From Candidatus Electronema halotolerans (lineage in GTDB: Bacteria > Desulfobacterota > Desulfobulbia > Desulfobulbales > Desulfobulbaceae): a DNA stretch of 32,000 bases. The DNA is taken from the NCBI GenBank assembly GCA_942493095.1, contig OW818675.1, positions 1,860,001-1,892,000 of the forward strand. Reading direction: 5' to 3'. The notes below the pieces were generated by a model. It did not search any database and was not told the origin of the DNA. It saw only the letters and a list, made by a program, of their open reading frames with translations. A program made the position numbers and the translations under genes. This document shows positions 26,749 through 32,000 of this stretch, in pieces (within the stretch, counting starts at the first letter, position 1; the number at the start of each line of letters is the position of its first letter).

Positions 26749-29514
26749 CTATATAAGGCTGGCGCGGATTTTCTCGGCAAAGGCTTCGGCAGAAAGCGGC
26801 TTGCTGAAAAAATAGCCCTGCACCTCCTTGCACTGCCGCTGTTTGAAAAAATCGAGCTGCTCTTGCGTCTCCACGCCCTCGGCCACCACATCCAATTTCA
26901 AGCCCGCAGCCATGCGGATGATGGAGTCAACAATGGCCTGGTCCTCTGAGTCCTTGGTCAGATCAGCGACAAAGGATTGATCAATTTTCAGCGTGTTGAC
27001 CGGGAATTTCTTCAGATAAGCCAGCGAGGAATAGCCGGTGCCAAAGTCATCAATGGCGATCCGCACCCCCATATCCCGGATTTCCCGGAGCAGTTCCGCT
27101 GTCTGCAGCGGCTGCTCCATCACCGTGCTTTCGGTGATTTCCAGCTCCAGTTGTTCGGCAGCCAAGGCAGTTTCCTCCAAGGTCGCCTTGATGAACTGGA
27201 GCAGCTTCCGGTCTTGAAACTGCTTGGAGGAGAGATTGACTGCAATCCGCAGCTGGCCGAGGCCTTCTTCCTCCCATGTTTTCACTTGGCGGCAGGCGGT
27301 GCGCAGCACCCATTTGCCCAGCGCGATGATCATGCTGCTTGCCTCAGCCACAGGAATGAATTCCTCTGGCGAGATCATGCCTTCCTTGGGATGGTGCCAG
27401 CGGACCAAGGCTTCAGCACCGACAATCCGGTCTTCCACCAGCGAATACTTGGGCTGATAATGGAGCAGGAACTCCTCCTGCTCCAAGGCGTGGCGGAGAT
27501 CATGCTCCAAATTAAGCCGCTGGAGCAGCCGCTCATTCATCTGCGAGCGGAAATGCTGGAAGCTGCCCCGCGCCTGTTCTTTGGCAAAGTGCATGGCTGT
27601 GTCCGCATTCTTCAGCAGGCTGTCCGCTGTCTTGGCATCATCAGGATAGATGCTGATGCCGATGCTGGCATCAATGAAAACCTCCTGATCGGCAATGTAA
27701 AAAGGCTGTTGGAGCAGATGAATCAGCCGCATGGCTAAGAGGCCGACAGACTCCCGCAGTTTGATTTCCGAAAGAATGACGCAGAATTCATCGCCGCAGA
27801 GCCGGGCGACAATGTCGCTTTTGCGCAGCCCGTTGCGGATGCGTTTGGCCGCTTGGACCAGCAGCTCATCGCCGGCTTTGTGCCCCAAGGTGTCGTTGAT
27901 GTCCTTGAACCGGTCCAAGTCAATGCAGAACAGGGCCAGCGGCATGTCCCGGTCCTGACTGTTGAGCAGAGCCTGCTCCAGCCGCTCTTGAAACAAAGTG
28001 CGGTTGGGCAGCTTGGTCAGCGAGTCATAGAAGAGCAAGTTGCGCAGCTTGCGCTCGGCATTCTTTTTCTCAGTGATGTCGGTGAACACGCCGACATAGC
28101 TGACAGTTGCGCCGCCGCTGTCCCGGATGGCGTTGATGGTCAGCCATTTTTCAAAAATTTCACCATGCTTGCGCCGGTCCCAAATTGCGCCTGACCAGAA
28201 GCCGTTCTCACTCAGCTGCCGCCACATTTCCTTGTAAAAAAGCTGGTCATGACGGCCTGACTGGCAGAAGCGCGGATTCTGGCCCACTGCCTCTTGCCGG
28301 GTGTAACCAGTGATTTCGGTATAGGCATCATTGACATCAAGAATCATGGCCTCGCTGTCCGTGATCACAACCGCCTCTTCGGTGTTTTCAATAATTTTCT
28401 CATCCAATCTGAGCTGATGCTCAAGCTGCTTGCGGTCCGTGATGTCAGTCTGCATACAGCCCACGCAGCATCTGTTCTCCGCGTCCGGCGACAGGGTGAA
28501 GCAGGAGGTGCTGAAGGTTCTGACCCCGTTCTGCAAGGCCATGCTCTCCTCATATTCGGCGGCAGTGTCGCTGCGGCTCTCCTGCAAACGGCGGGTGAGA
28601 CAGGGCAGCAGTTCGCCCGCAGCCCTGCCGACCGCCTCCTGTTTTTTGATGCCGAACAGCTCCTCAAAGCGTTTGTTGACCAAGAGAAACCGCCCGGATA
28701 AATCTTTCATGGTCACAGCGGCGGGCGCGTTTTCAATCAAATCAGCAAGCAGCCGGTGCGCGGCACTCTGCTCGTCCCGGCTGCGGCGCAGCTTGCTGAC
28801 CGTATCCCGGCTGTTGCGGAAAAAGAAGTCAAACAGAACAAAGAGGGCGGCCAGACGCAGGGCCTGCCAAAGCTGCCAGACTGGGCTGTGCGGTTGGAGA
28901 AAGGGAAAGAAAAAGGCGGTCAAGGCGAAGAAGAGACTGCATCCGGCCAGAAGCCGCCGCGCCGGTCTGCCCTTCTGCTGTTTTTGCAGGAAAAAGAACA
29001 GACTGGCGTAAAGAAAGCCAATCCCGCCTGCCCAGCTCATCACCAAGGCGGCTGAACTGGTTTCCGGCAGGATATCCGGGACGAGCATAAAGGTCAGACC
29101 GGGCACAGCGCAGGCCGCAGCGGTCATGCAGGGCAGCCATTCAAAAATCGCAATTTGCGACAGCGATTCCGGGAGGATGACAAGGGCGAAGAGCAGGCCG
29201 CCGACCAAAGCGGCAAGGCTGTGCAGCCAGATTTCCGACAAGGGCAGAGAGCTGGCGGCATTGAAGCCGTCCATAACCCCCATGCCAGCTAACGAGGCGG
29301 CGATCCAGATCGTGCGGACATCAGTGTTTTCAACCTTGTGCATCATGGTGATGAACAGAGAAGTGAGCACAGCGGCCACCGCGCTCCAGCCCAGCAGCAT
29401 GGCTGACAATGGTTCCTGCGCAAGACCCCATGTCCCGCCTGCCGCCGCCTGCGTAGGCAGCAACATGAGTCCTGCCGCCGCAGCCAGCAGCCTGTGGAAT
29501 GCGTGCATGATCAC
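26749..29514 (-). CDS. membrane-bound PAS-PAS-GGDEF-EAL cyclic-di-GMP signalling protein
   Basis: About 240-aa multi-TM N-terminus and two PAS-like segments. GGDEF domain with variant motif CGDEF preceded by RKSD (RxxD I-site). EAL domain with EALVRW, DDFGTGYSSL and QGYFFSKP. Confidence 0.9.
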   Translation of the reverse strand: MIMHAFHRLLAAAAGLMLLPTQAAAGGTWGLAQEPLSAMLLGWSAVAAVLTSLFITMMHKVENTDVRTIWIAASLAGMGVMDGFNAASSLPLSEIWLHSLAALVGGLLFALVILPESLSQIAIFEWLPCMTAAACAVPGLTFMLVPDILPETSSAALVMSWAGGIGFLYASLFFFLQKQQKGRPARRLLAGCSLFFALTAFFFPFLQPHSPVWQLWQALRLAALFVLFDFFFRNSRDTVSKLRRSRDEQSAAHRLLADLIENAPAAVTMKDLSGRFLLVNKRFEELFGIKKQEAVGRAAGELLPCLTRRLQESRSDTAAEYEESMALQNGVRTFSTSCFTLSPDAENRCCVGCMQTDITDRKQLEHQLRLDEKIIENTEEAVVITDSEAMILDVNDAYTEITGYTRQEAVGQNPRFCQSGRHDQLFYKEMWRQLSENGFWSGAIWDRRKHGEIFEKWLTINAIRDSGGATVSYVGVFTDITEKKNAERKLRNLLFYDSLTKLPNRTLFQERLEQALLNSQDRDMPLALFCIDLDRFKDINDTLGHKAGDELLVQAAKRIRNGLRKSDIVARLCGDEFCVILSEIKLRESVGLLAMRLIHLLQQPFYIADQEVFIDASIGISIYPDDAKTADSLLKNADTAMHFAKEQARGSFQHFRSQMNERLLQRLNLEHDLRHALEQEEFLLHYQPKYSLVEDRIVGAEALVRWHHPKEGMISPEEFIPVAEASSMIIALGKWVLRTACRQVKTWEEEGLGQLRIAVNLSSKQFQDRKLLQFIKATLEETALAAEQLELEITESTVMEQPLQTAELLREIRDMGVRIAIDDFGTGYSSLAYLKKFPVNTLKIDQSFVADLTKDSEDQAIVDSIIRMAAGLKLDVVAEGVETQEQLDFFKQRQCKEVQGYFFSKPLSAEAFAEKIRASLI

Positions 29515-29882
29515 CTTCAGGGCTTCGGCCCTTGCCGACGCAGTCCCTCTGCCTGCCGGGCAAATGCGTGCCTGCGCCCGGCGCAGGAAAAAATGAAAAG
29601 GAATGGCAGCATCTTTCTGGATCGTTGCATGGCTATGGACTCCTTGGCCTTGTTGCAGCAGTCTGGCTTCTGGTGAAAATTATACCGTAACAGCCAGAAG
29701 AAGAAAGCGCAAATAAGACGCTTTTCTGACATTTTTCTGTTTCCATCGTAATATTTTCCGAACATTCATCTTTTCAAGTATGGCCCTGACAAGAGGCCAG
29801 ATGCAATTGGGCTGGGCAAAAAAATCGTCGGGCTGTCTGCTGTCTTGGCTGAATTTGAGAACCTTTTTTTCAGGAGGAGAAA

Positions 29883-30083
29883 ATGATGCGGACTCAAGCC
29901 ATGCCGGAACAAAACGAAAGCGCAGTGGAAAAAGCTCTGGAAAAGGCGGCCAAAATAATCTGCACCCTGAAGTGCGGACGCTGCCCGATGCAGGAGGAGA
30001 ATTTTCCCGGCTGTCCCTGTGTCTGCCATGAAGATATTGTCCCGTGGCAGTGCTGGATATCCTATCTGCGGGCAACAGCATGA
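29883..30083 (+). CDS. 66-aa cysteine-rich small protein
   Basis: Strong SD (cAGGAGGAGaaaATG). 8 Cys clustered as CTLKCGRCP...PGCPCVCHEDIVPWQCW. Its stop TGA overlaps ATG 30080 of the next ORF (ATGA). Confidence 0.5.
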   Translation: MMRTQAMPEQNESAVEKALEKAAKIICTLKCGRCPMQEENFPGCPCVCHEDIVPWQCWISYLRATA

Positions 30084-30484
30084 GCAATTTCACAATCAGG
30101 AGGCGCAGGAAACGAATGAGTGATTTTTTGCAGCTCCGGCTGCTGCCGGGCGGTCAGGCGGTTCCGGCCAGCCCGGAAGGCAAGTTGAACTGCTGGGAAT
30201 TCAGAAAGTGCGGTCGCGAGCCGGGCGGCGCAAACGCCTCTCATGCCGGAACCTGTCCGGCGGCAGTTGAAGCGCGGGCGGACGGCATTCACAGCGGCAT
30301 GAACGGCGGACGCTGCTGCTGGGCTGTGACCGCCGCCCTGCGGCAGCAGGGTATCTGTTTGGACCAGTGTGGCGGCGACTGTGATGGCTGTGATTTTTAT
30401 CGCTTGGTCAGGAACGAGGAGGAGCAGCGGCTGGTGCTCAGGCATATCCGGCCTGCCGCCCTGCTCAGAAGCAAGATGTTCTGA
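30080..30484 (+). CDS. stand-alone two-CW-domain-like protein
   Basis: NCWEFRKCGREPGG...GTCPA...NGGRCCWAV...C..C.FYRLV has two Cys-Trp dipeptides in the arrangement I recall for the two-CW sensor domain family. The start is either ATG 30080 (ATGA coupling) or ATG 30116 (AGGAGG 12 nt upstream). Confidence 0.6.
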   Translation: MSNFTIRRRRKRMSDFLQLRLLPGGQAVPASPEGKLNCWEFRKCGREPGGANASHAGTCPAAVEARADGIHSGMNGGRCCWAVTAALRQQGICLDQCGGDCDGCDFYRLVRNEEEQRLVLRHIRPAALLRSKMF

Positions 30485-30512
30485 GGCAAGTCAGCAGAAG
30501 GCCGGACCGCTC

Positions 30513-31583
30513 TCAGAGCTTCAGCACCAGCACGTCCGCCAGCCAGCCTGCGTAGCTGCTCCTGATCATCTCGGTCAGGGCGGCATGGTTGTTGACCGTG
30601 ATGTTCAGGCTGCTGACAGCGGAACCGGCAAAGCCGGGCAGGGTGTATTCTCCGTCAGCAGTTGCGGTGACGACATCGCCTGCCGCGCCGTCCTCCTGCA
30701 TATCCAGCAGACCGAGGCGCAGGCGGCTGTCCGCCGGATCCAGCCCCGCCTGAACACGCAAGGTCTCATCCGCAGTCAAGCTGCCGCCGGTGACAGTCAC
30801 ATAAGGGGCGGTCGCGTTGTTGGTCAGGATGCCGACCTCCATATTCGGATGGTCAAAACCGGTCACAGTCAGGGGCGAGCGCAGCTTGCGGCGGCAAGTG
30901 CCGGTGCGGAGTGTGCCATGCGCGGTGTAGCGGGTGCTGAGGGAAAGGATGTATTCATTGTTCCACGGCGCATCTTGGGCCGGGATGTGCGGCACCAGCA
31001 AGACTTCACTGTTGCTGACAGAGGCGAACTGGCTCTGCACCGCCCTGCCGCTGCGGGTCCCTTCGATCACGCAGCCGCAGTCCGGGGCAGTCCGATCAAA
31101 GTCGAGATTGCTGCCGGTCAGCCGGAGCACGCCGTCCGGGTTGAGAACATTGTTCAGCTTGAGCACCGTGTCTTCCGCCGAACTGATCACGGGCAGTTTT
31201 TCTTCGGCAGACACACGTTCTATGTGAACTTGCCGCCCAACCTCTTTGACAAGGGTGCGCGAAGCCGAGACCTTGACCCGCAGCATGTCCTCAACCGGCG
31301 GCAGCGGGTCGTCCGGCTCGTCCAGACGGACATTGAAGGAAAGGCTGTAGCTGAAGGCATTTTTCAGCGTGACCTTATTGCCGTTGACAAGCTGCTTCAT
31401 GATCATCTTGTCCCGCGCCATCAGCACTGCTTTGATCATTTCCTCGTCCCAGAGCGGATTGTCCCGCGCCATTTCCGCAGCCAGTTCATCATAGCCGAGG
31501 ACATTCCGCGCTATGAAGCGCAAGTTGTAGGACGGAGGCACGGTCATGGCGTTCGGTTCGGGCCGGCATAGGATAGTGTTCAT
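30513..31583 (-). CDS. HU-like (HU_HIG-type) DNA-binding domain + DUF4469-like Ig-fold protein
   Basis: The N-terminal ~110 aa (YNLRFIARNVLGYDELAAEMARDNP..EEMIKAVLMARDKMIMKQLVNGNKVTLKNAFSYSLSFNVRLDEPDDPLP) follow the HU-fused-to-Ig family pattern. The next segment (PVISSAEDTVLKLNNVLNPDGVLRLTGSNLDFD...) resembles DUF4469. ATG 31583 has GGAGA upstream. The track's 29 extra codons were dropped. Confidence 0.55.
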   Translation of the reverse strand: MNTILCRPEPNAMTVPPSYNLRFIARNVLGYDELAAEMARDNPLWDEEMIKAVLMARDKMIMKQLVNGNKVTLKNAFSYSLSFNVRLDEPDDPLPPVEDMLRVKVSASRTLVKEVGRQVHIERVSAEEKLPVISSAEDTVLKLNNVLNPDGVLRLTGSNLDFDRTAPDCGCVIEGTRSGRAVQSQFASVSNSEVLLVPHIPAQDAPWNNEYILSLSTRYTAHGTLRTGTCRRKLRSPLTVTGFDHPNMEVGILTNNATAPYVTVTGGSLTADETLRVQAGLDPADSRLRLGLLDMQEDGAAGDVVTATADGEYTLPGFAGSAVSSLNITVNNHAALTEMIRSSYAGWLADVLVLKL

Positions 31584-31641
31584 AGCGATTCTCCAATTGA
31601 ATTCAACTGCTTGATACTTCCGACAATATTCCTGACTCAGC

Positions 31642-31670
31642 AGCTTACGGAGGCGGCGGGGTTTTGTCAA
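31642..31670 (-). promoter_or_regulatory. sigma70-type promoter candidate (TTGACA-17 nt-TAAGCT) for the HU-like gene
   Basis: On the - strand there is a perfect -35 TTGACA (31670-31665), a 17-nt spacer and TAAGCT (31647-31642), about 60 nt upstream of ATG 31583. On the + strand the -35 reads TTGTCAAG, which is the same as the start of repeat unit 2 in the adjacent array. Confidence 0.35.
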
Positions 31671-31702
31671 GCCTATTTTTTTCCGTCCTGGCAGCCAGTG
31701 TC

Positions 31703-31840
31703 TTGTCAGACAAGTCCCAAGGCAGTTGTCAAGAAACTCCTTTGGGAGTTATCAGAGAACTGACTAAGGAGTTGTGAAGAAACTGCCAAGGGACTTGTCA
31801 GACAACTTGCCGGGCAGTTGCCAAGCAACTCGCTGGTGAG
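31703..31840. repeat. six tandem degenerate 23-bp direct repeats (iteron-like), consensus ~TTGTCAGAnAACTnnCnAAGGnAG
   Basis: Units read head-to-tail:
- ttgtcagacaagtcccaaggcag
- ttgtcaagaaactcctttgggag
- ttatcagagaactgactaaggag
- ttgtgaagaaactgccaagggac
- ttgtcagacaacttgccgggcag
- ttgccaagcaactcgctggtgag
A weaker seventh unit lies at 31841-31863. Units 1 and 5 contain the palindrome CTTGTC-A-GACAAG/C. Confidence 0.8.
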
Positions 31841-32000
31841 TTCCGCAGCAGAATCCTTGCTGTGTCCGCGTCTTTCAGCCAGCTATAAACACAGGAACTC
31901 TCTTCCCAGAAAAAGCGTAAAAAAGCGTTGATCTTTCCGCCTGTCAGTGCTTGTCTTATCGCAGGAGCTTGTATTTTCATCAACAAATGGAGGAGAACCA

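Noticed and set aside
26977-27738. 253-aa + strand ORF; the 249-aa ORF at 14999-15748 is a similar case
   Set aside because: These are antisense to the GGDEF-EAL gene and to tsaB respectively. Neither has recognisable motifs.
30369-31571. 400-aa + strand ORF
   Set aside because: It overlaps both the two-CW gene and the whole HU-like gene. Its composition is R/A/G/H-rich shadow type, whereas the - strand product has a sensible domain pattern, an SD and a promoter candidate.
31703-31840. CRISPR array as an explanation for the 23-bp repeats
   Set aside because: The units are directly abutting with no spacers, they are degenerate, and no cas genes or leader are present. This is a tandem iteron-like repeat, not a CRISPR array.
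31798-31986. 62-aa - strand ORF spanning part of the repeat array
   Set aside because: It runs through non-triplet (23-bp) repeats, has no SD and has an implausible composition. It is probably non-coding regulatory DNA.

Overview
This is a chromosomal window from a Gram-negative bacterium of about 55-60% GC. Gene content and order look deltaproteobacterial (Desulfobacterota-like), but the taxon is a guess.

Left part, + strand:
- an LPS-core-type glycosyltransferase operon (a GT-B enzyme entering from the left edge, a GT9 heptosyltransferase and a GT2);
- an orphan efflux adaptor;
- two secreted DUF1566 (Lcl C-terminal domain) proteins;
- an intact RHH antitoxin followed by a decayed RelE/ParE toxin stub;
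- a cooC-like ATPase, ftsE, ftsX, an envC-like gene and an S41 protease.

Middle and right, - strand: the conserved rpsB-tsf-pyrH-frr-uppS-cdsA-dxr-rseP-tsaB cluster. It is interrupted at three junctions by AT-richer, co-oriented, tightly packed cargo:
- (i) two tandem paralogous PD-(D/E)xK (HsdR-N-like) nuclease-fold genes between pyrH and frr;
- (ii) a 75-aa ORF plus a nucleotidyltransferase stub between uppS and cdsA;
- (iii) an unrecognisable 580-aa helical protein plus hicA-hicB between dxr and rseP.

Right end:
- a membrane PAS-PAS-GGDEF(CGDEF)-EAL protein;
- a translationally coupled pair of Cys-rich small proteins, the second looking like a two-CW-domain protein;
- a HU-like/DUF4469-like protein whose upstream region carries a 23-bp iteron-like tandem array.

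I saw no rRNA, tRNA, CRISPR array or transposase. The ORF track uses alternative start codons, so several starts were re-picked by eye. Many long antisense ORFs in this GC-rich DNA were rejected.
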